A stretch of 64,000 nt of DNA, taken from positions 1,475,606 to 1,539,605 of the forward strand of contig OZ245031.1 of assembly GCA_965223975.1 (NCBI GenBank). Reading direction: 5' to 3'. This stretch comes from Pseudomonadales bacterium. Its GTDB lineage: Bacteria > Pseudomonadota > Gammaproteobacteria > Pseudomonadales > JBECKS01. Under the pieces are notes generated by a model. It saw nothing but the letters and a program-made list of their open reading frames with translations, searched no databases and had not been told where the DNA came from. Position 1 is the stretch's first letter. Every line of letters begins with the position of its first letter. Made by a program: the position numbers and the translations under genes. Of this stretch, positions 28,449-38,016 are shown one piece after another.

Positions 28449-29386
28449 TGGTGATGAGTGTTTTTATCTTAAAGCGTTTGGGTTCAGGGATTCTAACAGT
28501 CTGGTTTATTGCTACCGCTACTTTCTTTGCGATGCACAGCGTACCAGGTGACCCACTAGATAGGGAGGGTATTAATCCTGAAATAAGAAAGAACCTAGAA
28601 CGTCAATATGGATTGGACAAGCCTATACACCAGCAATACATTTTATATGTTAAAAATATGCTGAGAGGGGACTTTGGTATTTCTTATACCCAGCTAAATC
28701 GCTCTGTAAACGACATCATCAAAGAACATTTTCCTGTATCTGCGACCCTGGGTGCTTTAGCGATTGGATTTGCGAGTGTAGCGGGCATATTATTTGGCGC
28801 TTTATCGGCACACTATCGTAATCGCTGGCCGGATTATCTATTGATAGGCTTTGTTGTTTTAACTATTTCAGTGCCTAGTTTTGTTCTCGCCGCGGTGGCG
28901 CAGTTGGGAATTCTAAAAATAAATGAAATATCCGGTCTAAAATTGTTACCTATTGCCGGCTGGGGCAGCGTACTCCATATGCTAATTCCTTCCCTTGTTT
29001 TAGGACTGGGAACTTTTGCCTATATAGCTCGCTTGATGCGGTCGAGCCTATTAGAGCTAGAAAATGCACCTTATATAAAAACTGCTCGAGCGAAAGGGCT
29101 TAGCGAATTTCAAGTGTTTTTAAAGCATCGTTTAAAGAACGCCATCTTGCCTGTGGTTACGGTTTTAGGTCCGACAATTGCAGCAGTTACTACCGGCGGC
29201 TTTGTCGTTGAATCGATTTTTACAATACCCGGTTTGGGAAAGCAATTTGTAGAAGCAGTCCAGCAATTAGATTACACGTTGATCATGGGTACGACTGTAT
29301 TCTATGGGGCCTATTTAGTATTCATGGTGCTCTTGGTAGATATTTTATATGGATATTTAGATCCGCGGATAAGGGTGACTAAATGA
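28445..29386 (+). CDS. oppB: Oligopeptide ABC permease
   Basis: PGDP, YGLDKP, GDFGISY, EAA-loop YIKTARAKGL, GGFVVESIFTIPGLG. Confidence 0.92.
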   Translation: MMVMSVFILKRLGSGILTVWFIATATFFAMHSVPGDPLDREGINPEIRKNLERQYGLDKPIHQQYILYVKNMLRGDFGISYTQLNRSVNDIIKEHFPVSATLGALAIGFASVAGILFGALSAHYRNRWPDYLLIGFVVLTISVPSFVLAAVAQLGILKINEISGLKLLPIAGWGSVLHMLIPSLVLGLGTFAYIARLMRSSLLELENAPYIKTARAKGLSEFQVFLKHRLKNAILPVVTVLGPTIAAVTTGGFVVESIFTIPGLGKQFVEAVQQLDYTLIMGTTVFYGAYLVFMVLLVDILYGYLDPRIRVTK

Positions 29387-30744
29387 ACGATTTTGCACCG
29401 CTGGAAAATTATCAGGAAGAAAAAGTTGAAAGCACAATACAACGTTCTTATTGGTCGCAGGCCTATGTGTCAATTAAGCAAAGTCGTCCGGGTACTATCG
29501 CTTTATTGTTGATAGTTTTTTTATTGTTGTTTTCTCTGCTTGGTCCATTTTTCTGGTCAAAAGACCCGAACCAACAGAATTTAAATTTTGTGTCTCAGGC
29601 TCCTTCTTTTTCTTCACGCGCCTATATTGTCTCAACACGATCTTCGCAGCCCAATGTGTTTGAACTAGTTAAAGATAAAATGCCTCTCGAGTTAGCAGTT
29701 TTTGGAACTCCTCACACCCAATTGGTGAGCTTGTATTGGCCTCCTAGTACTAGTGCAGAGTCGTACATAATATATCGTCATGAATATGCGCCCCGCCATT
29801 CATTAGATCTTGGCCTTCCCATTGGTGAAGTTTACGAAAACACTTTCTTTGAAGACCGATTGCAATTAGAGCCTATACACTATTTTTATTCAGTTAAGGC
29901 GCTTAGTGCTTCGGGTGATATCTTGGATATCAGCACCATAGAGGTGAAACCTCAGATTGCGGTGAGTGAAGAACAAGTTAACCAGTATATCGAGAAAAAT
30001 ATTTGGGCCATTCAGGATATTGGCCCGAATGGGCAATATATCTCTTTGCCCAGTCATCCGATGGGAACTGACTATCTAGGCCGAGATATGATGGCTAGGA
30101 TAATGAAAGGAGGACAGACATCGTTGTTAATAGGCATTTTTGCCTCCTTGATGTATGTGTTTATTGGTTCTGTTTATGGGGCTGTGTCGGCCTTTGCGGG
30201 TGGAAAAGTCGATGAGGTCATGATGCGTTTTGCCGACTTTGTGATTGCCTTACCCTTTATCTTATTTATGATTTTACTTAAGGTAGCTTTTGGACTTGGG
30301 CCTGGTGAAAGTGGAATCAGCGTAATGATCTTTTCACTTATTGTTTTGTGTTGGCCCGATTCTGCCCGTTTGGTGCGGGCTCAGGTGTTGGTACTAAAAG
30401 AGCAAACCTATGTGCTTGCAGCAAGAGTTAACGGCGCCGGACTATTTTATATTCTTAAGCGACACCTTATTCCTAATGTGCTATCCATTTTGTTTGTTAA
30501 TTTAAGTTTTGCGATTCCTTCGGTAATTCTAACCGAAGCATTTTTGTCTTTTATTAGTCTAGGTGTTGTCGCCCCCACCGCTAGCTGGGGAGCAATGAGC
30601 CATGAAGGTATAAAAACCTTTTTATTCCATCCGCATGAATTAATCTTTCCGGCGTTGTTTATAGCTCTGACAGTACTAGCTTTTAACGTGCTAGGAGACA
30701 GCTTGCGGGATGCATTAGACGTTAAGAGCGATATGAAGAGATGA
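29383..30744 (+). CDS. oppC: Oligopeptide ABC permease with a ~150-aa extracytoplasmic insertion
   Basis: HPMGTDYLGRD, YVLAARVNGA...HLIPN, EAFLSFISLG; 453 aa, longer than a typical OppC. Confidence 0.9.
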   Translation: MNDFAPLENYQEEKVESTIQRSYWSQAYVSIKQSRPGTIALLLIVFLLLFSLLGPFFWSKDPNQQNLNFVSQAPSFSSRAYIVSTRSSQPNVFELVKDKMPLELAVFGTPHTQLVSLYWPPSTSAESYIIYRHEYAPRHSLDLGLPIGEVYENTFFEDRLQLEPIHYFYSVKALSASGDILDISTIEVKPQIAVSEEQVNQYIEKNIWAIQDIGPNGQYISLPSHPMGTDYLGRDMMARIMKGGQTSLLIGIFASLMYVFIGSVYGAVSAFAGGKVDEVMMRFADFVIALPFILFMILLKVAFGLGPGESGISVMIFSLIVLCWPDSARLVRAQVLVLKEQTYVLAARVNGAGLFYILKRHLIPNVLSILFVNLSFAIPSVILTEAFLSFISLGVVAPTASWGAMSHEGIKTFLFHPHELIFPALFIALTVLAFNVLGDSLRDALDVKSDMKR

Positions 30745-31763
30745 GTGATATCTTGAGCTTGGAGAATGTGGGTTTGGTGCTTGACGCTCCGAAGGCAGAG
30801 GGTGGGGGCATTGAACAGCCTACACAGATCTTAAGAGGGTTGTCGTGGTCTATTCAATCAGGTGAGTGCTTAGCGATTATTGGTGAGTCAGGTTGTGGGA
30901 AATCAGCCAGTTTGCTGAGTATCTTGGGTTTGCATGGCGAAAATGTTCAACAGAGTGGAAAGATTGTTTATAAGGGGCAGTCTTTCTTATTGTCAGATCA
31001 AAAAAAGTTATCCAAATTGCGCGGTAAAGAAATTGCTATTGTTTTTCAAGATCCGCAAAGTGCTTTAAATCCAACAATGACCATAGGGGAACAAATTATG
31101 GAGGCGATTCCTGATCGCCATTTAAAATCCAAGTCTGATCTTCGTGAGAGGGTATTCTCGCTTTTAAGTGAAACCGGCATTCAGATGCCGGAGCAGAGAG
31201 TTAAGCAATATCCTTTTGAGTTTTCTGGTGGCATGTTGCAAAGGGTAGCTATCGCAATAGCTCTGGCAGGAGAACCAGCAGTGTTGATGGCCGATGAACC
31301 TACGACCGCACTGGACGTTAGTGTACAAAAACAGGTATTAGCTTTGCTTAAAGGGCTGCAAGAAAAGCGTTCTATGTCTTTGGTTTTAGTAAGCCATGAT
31401 TTAGCTGTGGTGTCCCAAGTGGCGGATCGGGTGCTGGTGATGTATGCAGGGGAATGTGTTGAGGAAGCAAATATTAAAACTATTGTTAATTCACCTAAAC
31501 ACCCTTACACCCAAGCTCTTTTAGAATCTATTCCAAGTTTATCTTTAACTAAGAATAGCCGATTGAAAGCTATTCAAGGACAGGCACCCAACATTGCATG
31601 TTTGCCCACAGGCTGCTCATTCGTTGGGCGTTGCACAAAGGCAATGAATATTTGTGCCCAACAAAAGCCAGAGCTACAAAAGTATGAGGCCAAAGGAAAA
31701 GAGTCTCGGATAGCTTGTTGGCTTTATACCGAGGCTGGCCCATTAAATGCTGAGGGTGAATAA
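30741..31763 (+). CDS. oppD: Oligopeptide ABC ATPase
   Basis: GESGCGKS, FSGGMLQR, ADEPTTALD, HPYTQAL, C-terminal GCSF..RC....C. Confidence 0.92.
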   Translation: MSDILSLENVGLVLDAPKAEGGGIEQPTQILRGLSWSIQSGECLAIIGESGCGKSASLLSILGLHGENVQQSGKIVYKGQSFLLSDQKKLSKLRGKEIAIVFQDPQSALNPTMTIGEQIMEAIPDRHLKSKSDLRERVFSLLSETGIQMPEQRVKQYPFEFSGGMLQRVAIAIALAGEPAVLMADEPTTALDVSVQKQVLALLKGLQEKRSMSLVLVSHDLAVVSQVADRVLVMYAGECVEEANIKTIVNSPKHPYTQALLESIPSLSLTKNSRLKAIQGQAPNIACLPTGCSFVGRCTKAMNICAQQKPELQKYEAKGKESRIACWLYTEAGPLNAEGE

Positions 31764-32730
31764 CAAGCATATGTTAAGGGTAAAGAATATCAAGAAAGCT
31801 TTCTCCACACCTCAGGGTTTGAGCCCGGTTTTAAAGGGAATTAGTTTTCAACTTAAGCAGAATCAAATTTTAGGTGTCGTTGGCGAAAGCGGGTCTGGAA
31901 AATCAACCTTAGCAAAAGTGTTACTCGGCTTGCATATTAGGGACCAAGGTGACATTGCACTTTTCGATACACAATTTCCAAAACGATTTTCAAAAAAAGA
32001 TTTTCAGAGCTTAAGCTCTTTGGTACAGATGGTATTCCAGGATCCTTATAGTGCATTGAATCCAAAAATGCAGGTTTGGCAGTTAATAGAGGAGCCTTGT
32101 TTGATTGCTCAGCAGAAGGACTACTTAATATTGTCGTCTGAGCAACGGCGAGAGCGAATTTTAGAATATTTGACACTGGTGGGTTTGGGAGAAAATTTCT
32201 TCAATCGTTTTCCCCATGAGTTATCCGGTGGTCAACAACAACGAGTGGGGATCGCCAGGGCGCTTATTTTAAAACCCAAGCTACTAATTTGTGATGAACC
32301 TATATCTGCACTAGATGTGTCAGTCCAAGCTCAAATCGTCAATTTACTAAAAGACCTTTGTGATGAGCTAGGTATGAGCATATTGTTTATCGCTCATGAT
32401 CTAGCCATGGTTAACTACCTTTGTGAAGATGTCATGGTGATGTACCAAGGGTCGGTGGTAGAGCAAGGTCCCAGCGAGTTGATATTTTCTTCACCTTTGC
32501 ATCCATATACTCAATTGCTGTTAGACGCAAATCCAAATCATGTATTAGAGGGGAAAACTCAAAAAAACTGGGATGTGCAATATATTGACGGGCAAGGAAG
32601 AGTGCCTAGCAAAGGTTGCGCTTTCGCGAACCGTTGTTGGAAAAAACTCGAAGAATGTGAGCGTCTAGTGCCAAGTCTAAAGCCCGTAGAAACGGGCTCA
32701 AGACAAATAGCCTGCGTGTTGTATGATTAA
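31747..32730 (+). CDS. oppF: Oligopeptide ABC ATPase
   Basis: GESGSGKST, LSGGQQQR, CDEPISALD, HPYT, GCAFANRC. Confidence 0.92.
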   Translation: MLRVNNKHMLRVKNIKKAFSTPQGLSPVLKGISFQLKQNQILGVVGESGSGKSTLAKVLLGLHIRDQGDIALFDTQFPKRFSKKDFQSLSSLVQMVFQDPYSALNPKMQVWQLIEEPCLIAQQKDYLILSSEQRRERILEYLTLVGLGENFFNRFPHELSGGQQQRVGIARALILKPKLLICDEPISALDVSVQAQIVNLLKDLCDELGMSILFIAHDLAMVNYLCEDVMVMYQGSVVEQGPSELIFSSPLHPYTQLLLDANPNHVLEGKTQKNWDVQYIDGQGRVPSKGCAFANRCWKKLEECERLVPSLKPVETGSRQIACVLYD

Positions 32731-32731
32731 A

Positions 32732-33883
32732 TTAAGCGACTTCTGGGCGATGGATGTCCAACGGGCGCTCTAGTTCGGCCCAATCGATGTCTCCATCGGT
32801 AGCGAGATTTTCGTACTCTAAAATACCTAGTTCTTCAAATTTTATTCTGGCTTCATCGGTCAAAAGGCCTATGCGTTTTAGGTTAGGCATCACACGTGTA
32901 AATAAAAGCTTTCGAAAGTTTGAGGTTACGTTACCTGACAAAAATAACTTTCTAGCTTCATCTACATCCCAGCCCCAATATTCAAATACATCGGTAGGAA
33001 CTAATCGTTCACGAGAAATAACACAAGCTTCATAGGCAAACATAGCGCGGTCATTTTTTTCTTCTTCTGATAGAGTGGATACAAACTCTTCTAGATAATT
33101 AACGCCAAAGGTAACATGACGAGCTTCATCACGAATAACGAGGTCTAGTATGTCGTGGAGTACTTTGCTCGGGGTGATTGCTTTAATTGCGTTGAATGCA
33201 GAAAGTGCTAATCCTTCAATGACAATTTGCATTCCAATAAATTTCAAGTCCCAACGAGCGTCGGTTAGAATTTTGTCTAGCAAGCTTTTAAGTTCGTTGC
33301 TGATAGGGTAGCGAAGGCCAACTTGTTCGTTTAAGTAACGGGTGAATACTTCGACGTGTCGAGCTTCATCAAATGCTTGAGAGGAAGCATAAAGTTTAGC
33401 ATTGTAAGTGGGGGCGCAACTGACTAGTTGTGACGCCACCAGTAAGGCTCCTTGTTCGCCATGAAGAAACTGACTAATGGTCCAGGCGTGCATATGCTTA
33501 TTAAAATTCGCCTGGTCCTGTTCACTCATGGCTGTGTATTCGGGGTAGTCGACAAAGGGGTGGATGAACTCGATCTCTTCGTCGCTGAGTTCACGCGCTG
33601 GTTGATCCCAGTTAATATCGACCTCTGCATCCCAGTTGAGTTGTTTGCCTAAGTTATATAGGCGTCGAATACGGTTGTCTTGAAGCTGATAATCCCAATT
33701 ATAGGCACCGGTTAAAGGCGTGTTGAATATCTCCGCGATTTCGTCAGCGTCTTGCTCAGAAATTTTCATATCCAGTTCGGGATCTAAAACTTCATAGCTT
33801 TTGTCGTCTCGAACTTCGTCTTTGCTAGCGTTATATTCAGAGGTATAAAAGAGTTCTCTAGGTGCGTTGTCTATAAATTTCAT
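32732..33883 (-). CDS. Ferritin-like diiron-carboxylate protein (AurF-like family)
   Basis: Diiron ligand pattern HGEQGA...DEARH...IEGLA...DEARH. Confidence 0.8.
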   Translation of the reverse strand: MKFIDNAPRELFYTSEYNASKDEVRDDKSYEVLDPELDMKISEQDADEIAEIFNTPLTGAYNWDYQLQDNRIRRLYNLGKQLNWDAEVDINWDQPARELSDEEIEFIHPFVDYPEYTAMSEQDQANFNKHMHAWTISQFLHGEQGALLVASQLVSCAPTYNAKLYASSQAFDEARHVEVFTRYLNEQVGLRYPISNELKSLLDKILTDARWDLKFIGMQIVIEGLALSAFNAIKAITPSKVLHDILDLVIRDEARHVTFGVNYLEEFVSTLSEEEKNDRAMFAYEACVISRERLVPTDVFEYWGWDVDEARKLFLSGNVTSNFRKLLFTRVMPNLKRIGLLTDEARIKFEELGILEYENLATDGDIDWAELERPLDIHRPEVA

Positions 33884-34007
33884 GATTAGCCTTTATGAGC
33901 GGTCTGGTAAACGTTTTTTGTAAGTCTTAGTTGACCAATATTAGCGCCTTTGTTAACGATAACTAGGTTAAATTAAGACAGGCTTTAAGGCTTATATCCA
34001 CAATTTA

Positions 34008-34733
34008 CTATAGGATTCGTACAAAATCGCCAGTTTCTGTATTTATCAGCATGTACCCAGGGCCTACATTACTAACATAGGAGGCAACCCCATATTTAGA
34101 TGGGTCTAATTTTTTTAACTCAGGATCCTTGATGATTTGTCGTTCAACGGCTCGGGGTATTGGCATTAATGATTTGCTTAAATGAGGTATCGCCTCTTGA
34201 TAGTCGTAATATAGTTCTGGCTGACTGAAGTAACTTTTGCCCGTACTTATGACATGTTTGAAGCTTAGCTCGGTCAGGCTTGCTACTCCTTCGGGCATTA
34301 ACACACCATAGGTTGGAGTTTTTAACTGTTGAAGCTCTCGAATGTTAGAGATGTCACTGGGGGTGGGCTCTTCGAAGGTTGAATGGTATACGACGTGGTA
34401 TTCACCTGCGCCATAAAAAACCGCGAGCGGCCTTACCGACCACAAAGAATATACACCATATATAAGTGCAGCGATTTGTACTGCTGCGATGATGCTTAGG
34501 TCCATTTTAATCTCTGGCTTGGCCTTTTTGTAGATAATTAATGTAATGAGAGGCCCTAGCACCACGTCTACGCCACCGATCAATGTTAGAATGGTGGAGC
34601 CATTTTCTGAATAAAATAAAAACCCTGGTAGCAGGATAAAATAGGTAAATAAGGCTACGCTTCCAAAAATTAAGATGCTTAAAACTAAATGGCCACCGAA
34701 AGCAGCCCAACGAGATTCGGGTAAATGAAACAT
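34008..34733 (-). CDS. TfpX/TfpZ-family type IV pilin accessory membrane protein
   Basis: RWAAF..HL..S, GVDVVLGPLITLII....K..IKMDL..IA.VQ.AAL.YG......RP. Confidence 0.8.
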   Translation of the reverse strand: MFHLPESRWAAFGGHLVLSILIFGSVALFTYFILLPGFLFYSENGSTILTLIGGVDVVLGPLITLIIYKKAKPEIKMDLSIIAAVQIAALIYGVYSLWSVRPLAVFYGAGEYHVVYHSTFEEPTPSDISNIRELQQLKTPTYGVLMPEGVASLTELSFKHVISTGKSYFSQPELYYDYQEAIPHLSKSLMPIPRAVERQIIKDPELKKLDPSKYGVASYVSNVGPGYMLINTETGDFVRIL

Positions 34734-34831
34734 GGCAAATTCCTATGGCATATCAACTATCAAAAGTAAAAATAAGATAATATTTCGTAAAAAAAAATCA
34801 AGTACAAAGGGATAGTGGGTTGAGCGAGTCG

Positions 34832-35701
34832 TTAAAGTGATTCGATAAATATTTTAAGGAGTTCGCTTTGATAGCTGTCTTTTCTTTGAATAAGAAAAAA
34901 ATCCCGGCGCAGATCGAATAGTTCAGTATTTAAGGCGATTAGGGAGCCAGTGTTCAACTCTTGTTGAATAGCTAAATATGATAGGCAACCTAAACCCAAC
35001 CCAGTTTTAACGGCCAGTTTAACCGCTTCGCTGTTACCTAATTCAAGTTTCACACTGGGATTTATTAATATGTCCTTGCTTGCTAAAGAAAAAACTTCTC
35101 GTGTTCCTGAGCCTTGTTCTCTTAAAATCCATTGGGCGTCTGTGAGTGCTTCTCTACTGACATTTGTATCTTTAGCTAAAGGATGATCAGGGCTGCAGAA
35201 AATTGCCAATTCGTCCTTCTTCCAAACCGTTGTGTTTAATTGGGGGGCATGAGAGGGCCCCTCGATTAAACCAATATCGAAATTCAAGGTTTGCATGCCA
35301 TTGACTATTTGCTCGGTATTCGCCACTTCTAGGTGAATGTTGACGTCTGGGTGAGCTTGAACAAAAGCGGCAATAGCAGAAGGCACTAAATAGTTTCCGA
35401 TGGTTGAACTGGCGCCAATTTTTAAACTCCCTTGAAGAGAGTCACCTTGGCTAGAAAGCTCAATTTCTTTTGCTTGTATCAGAAGTTGATGGACCTTAGG
35501 TTGCAACCAGCGGCCATAGTCATTGAGGCTCAGCCTTTTGCCATGCCGGCTAAATAAGGGCGCCCCTAGTTGGTTTTCGAGTTCGGCTAAAGACATGCTC
35601 GCGGCTGATTGGCTCAAAGAAATGTCTTCGGCTGCTTTGCTAACATTTCCAAGCCGTGCAACTGCATCAAAAACGGTGAGTTGTTTTAAACTTATGCGCA
35701 T
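34832..35701 (-). CDS. yeiE: LysR-family transcriptional regulator (YeiE/CysL-like)
   Basis: MRISLKQL.VF.AVA..G.VS.AA..I.LSQSA.S HTH; GASSTIGNYL, LREQGSGTR; ATG at 35701 preferred over TTG 35707. Confidence 0.85.
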   Translation of the reverse strand: MRISLKQLTVFDAVARLGNVSKAAEDISLSQSAASMSLAELENQLGAPLFSRHGKRLSLNDYGRWLQPKVHQLLIQAKEIELSSQGDSLQGSLKIGASSTIGNYLVPSAIAAFVQAHPDVNIHLEVANTEQIVNGMQTLNFDIGLIEGPSHAPQLNTTVWKKDELAIFCSPDHPLAKDTNVSREALTDAQWILREQGSGTREVFSLASKDILINPSVKLELGNSEAVKLAVKTGLGLGCLSYLAIQQELNTGSLIALNTELFDLRRDFFLIQRKDSYQSELLKIFIESL

Positions 35702-35876
35702 TGGCAAATCGGCCTCTTAGTCTCGGGTCATATTTCATAAACCTTATACTTTATTAATAAACAAAACAAATCAATAATTTATTTATCATCAAGATTGCCA
35801 ATATGCCGTCTATAGCATTGAGGCTCGGCTTGTTTATGAAGGCCTAGAGGTGTGAACTGCTTAGGTTTTGCATATG

Positions 35877-35904
35877 TTGTAAGTTGTTAGGTCAGGGGTA
35901 TAAT
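35877..35904 (+). promoter_or_regulatory. Candidate sigma70 promoter of cspA
   Basis: TTGTAA-N16-TATAAT, giving a ~85-nt leader before the cspA ATG. Confidence 0.55.
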
Positions 35905-35994
35905 CTTTTGGAGCAGGATGTCTCTTTGATCCATGAGTTAAGCATGGAACTGAGGGGCCGAGCTTAGAACTTGAGTACTTTAATGGAGTAGGTT

Positions 35995-36207
35995 ATGTCA
36001 GACGAGTTTGTGACAGGAAAGGTTAAATTTTTTAACGATTCAAAAGGGTTTGGATTTATTGAGCAAGAAAGTGGACCAGATGTTTTTGTACACTTTAGTG
36101 CGATTGAAATGGATGGCTTTAAAAGTCTAAGTGATGGGCAAGAGGTGAAATTCAAAATTGTCGACGGGAAAAAGGGCCCTCAAGCTGAGCAAGTGAGCGC
36201 TGCATAG
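35995..36207 (+). CDS. cspA: Cold-shock protein
   Basis: [15 protein letters not shown] (RNP1), DVFVHFSAI (RNP2), KGPQAEQV; paralog identity uncertain. Confidence 0.93.
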   Translation: MSDEFVTGKVKFFNDSKGFGFIEQESGPDVFVHFSAIEMDGFKSLSDGQEVKFKIVDGKKGPQAEQVSAA

Positions 36208-36252
36208 TTATCACTGTATAGTTATCACCGCATAGTTATGACTACATAGTTA
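36203..36252 (+). repeat. 14-bp tandem repeat, about 3.6 copies
   Basis: CATAGTTATCACTG / TATAGTTATCACCG / CATAGTTATGACTA / CATAGTTA; the first copy contains the cspA stop codon. Confidence 0.85.
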
Positions 36253-36279
36253 AGGTTTTGGCGCTGGCTAAAAACAGTG

Positions 36280-37122
36280 CTATTTGAACACTACGGTACG
36301 ATTGCCAAACACGAAAACCTTTTCGCGGATAACGAGCTGCAAGGCCTCGAGTAATACCGATTCTTCGAGTTGCTGGCCTGTTCGCGCCAGCTTATCTGGT
36401 TGATAGCTGTGATCAACGTGAATAACGTCTTGGTGAATAATAGGCCCTTGGTCTAAGTCTTGGTTAACGTAGTGAGCCGTAGCTCCTATCATTTTTACCC
36501 CTCGATCAAATGCCTGTTTGTAAGGGTTTGCCCCAATAAAGGCGGGTAAAAAAGAATGATGAATATTGATTATACGATAGGGATAATTCACTACAAATTC
36601 TTCGGATAGAATGCGCATATACTTTGCAAGTACCAAGAAGTCTGGTTGGTAGTTTGCTAATATTTTCAAAATTTTTTCTTCATGTTGATTTCTTGTTAGG
36701 CCTTCGTGGCTAACGAAGTGAAAAGGAATTTCGAATTTATCTACTAGTGATCTTAATAGGTCGTGATTACTAACGACCGCTGCGATTTCAATATCGAGAG
36801 CGTTATTGTAGTGCTTAATTAAAATATCGCCGAGGCAGTGAGCTTCTTTGGTTGCGAGAAGAACTACTCGTTTTCGTTGTTTTGGCGCTAGCCTACATGT
36901 GGCAGTGTCGGGAAGTGATGAATGTAAATCCTGGAGAAATTCATCGCCATTAAATTGCTCATCCTGTTGCAGTACTGAACGCATAAAAAAGGCTTTACTT
37001 TGAGGGTCAACAAACTCGCTATTTTTAATAATGTTTAAACGGTGTTTAAAGCAAGTGTTGGTAATATGAGCAACTAGACCCGGTTGGTCCGGTGATTCGC
37101 AGAGAAGAATATGTTGATTCAC
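36280..37122 (-). CDS. purU: Formyltetrahydrofolate deformylase
   Basis: N-terminal ACT domain (C.DQPGLVA), KEAHCLGD, LAKYMRIL, INIHHSFLPAFIGANPY, GATAHYV..DLDQGPII. Confidence 0.95.
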   Translation of the reverse strand: MNQHILLCESPDQPGLVAHITNTCFKHRLNIIKNSEFVDPQSKAFFMRSVLQQDEQFNGDEFLQDLHSSLPDTATCRLAPKQRKRVVLLATKEAHCLGDILIKHYNNALDIEIAAVVSNHDLLRSLVDKFEIPFHFVSHEGLTRNQHEEKILKILANYQPDFLVLAKYMRILSEEFVVNYPYRIINIHHSFLPAFIGANPYKQAFDRGVKMIGATAHYVNQDLDQGPIIHQDVIHVDHSYQPDKLARTGQQLEESVLLEALQLVIREKVFVFGNRTVVFK

Positions 37123-38003
37123 TATTTAACTAAGCTCTTATTAATACAATTGCCAAAGTCATCTAAATTATCAATTAAAGTATTTTGACATTGTAAAATA
37201 CCATCCAAAGACTTTTTAAGTTTGTTGCTTTCCAGGCCTTCATCAGCCCTTTGGCACTGGGTAAATTTCAATAGCGCGAAAGTGTTTGCTTTTAAGGCTT
37301 CGTTTGAATAAAGCTCTGAAATCATATCTGAGTGATCTTTTAATTGTTTTCGACGAGTTTTTTTATCAATTTCACTTGGTTCTTTTTTTAACTGTTTAAG
37401 CTTTGCTTTCTGCGCTTTAATATCTATTCCCTCATCCCTTGACTGAGCAATACTCGCAGCCAGGCTTTGTTGCCATGTGCAGTAGGGGTTTGCGCCACTC
37501 GCCTCTCTAGCTTTTATAAAACTATTTAAAGCTTCGTTACGAATAAAGTTTACGGCTTCCTGTTGGGATAATTCAATATTACTTCGAGGACGAAATAATG
37601 AAGGCTTATATGTGTAGCACTTGTCTACAGCGCCGTCTTTAAACTCATTGGCAATCTTGTTTCCAACTTGCTCTCGGTTTATAGACTCAAGTGAAGAAAA
37701 TTGCAGTTGAATATTTTTATCAAATCCACGCTTCCAATTAGCATAGTTAGTGTCGAACTCTTTTAAAAAGTAACTATATTGAAGCTCCCAGCTGTCATAG
37801 GCTTCATCATTTCTTTTTACCTGGCGCGGGAAGTTAGTATTGCAATATGTACGAGTCTCTTCGATGGTATAAAGGGCTTTGTTTACCTGTTGAAAAGCCG
37901 TATCAATTGTGAGTTCTTCAACTTCTTCATGACTGGCAGAGCCTAGGGCCGAAAATGACATTAATACAAATGAAACGGCTGCTCTTAAAATAAAATTTGT
38001 CAT
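37122..38003 (-). CDS. Hypothetical secreted protein with paired cysteines
   Basis: Signal peptide-like N-terminus, 293-aa open frame, six Cys; no family recognised. Confidence 0.65.
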   Translation of the reverse strand: MTNFILRAAVSFVLMSFSALGSASHEEVEELTIDTAFQQVNKALYTIEETRTYCNTNFPRQVKRNDEAYDSWELQYSYFLKEFDTNYANWKRGFDKNIQLQFSSLESINREQVGNKIANEFKDGAVDKCYTYKPSLFRPRSNIELSQQEAVNFIRNEALNSFIKAREASGANPYCTWQQSLAASIAQSRDEGIDIKAQKAKLKQLKKEPSEIDKKTRRKQLKDHSDMISELYSNEALKANTFALLKFTQCQRADEGLESNKLKKSLDGILQCQNTLIDNLDDFGNCINKSLVK

Positions 38004-38016
38004 AATGATATCTCTA

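Noticed and set aside
36203-36252. CRISPR-like array
   Set aside because: Units are 14 bp and directly adjacent, with no unique spacers and no cas genes; treated as a tandem repeat
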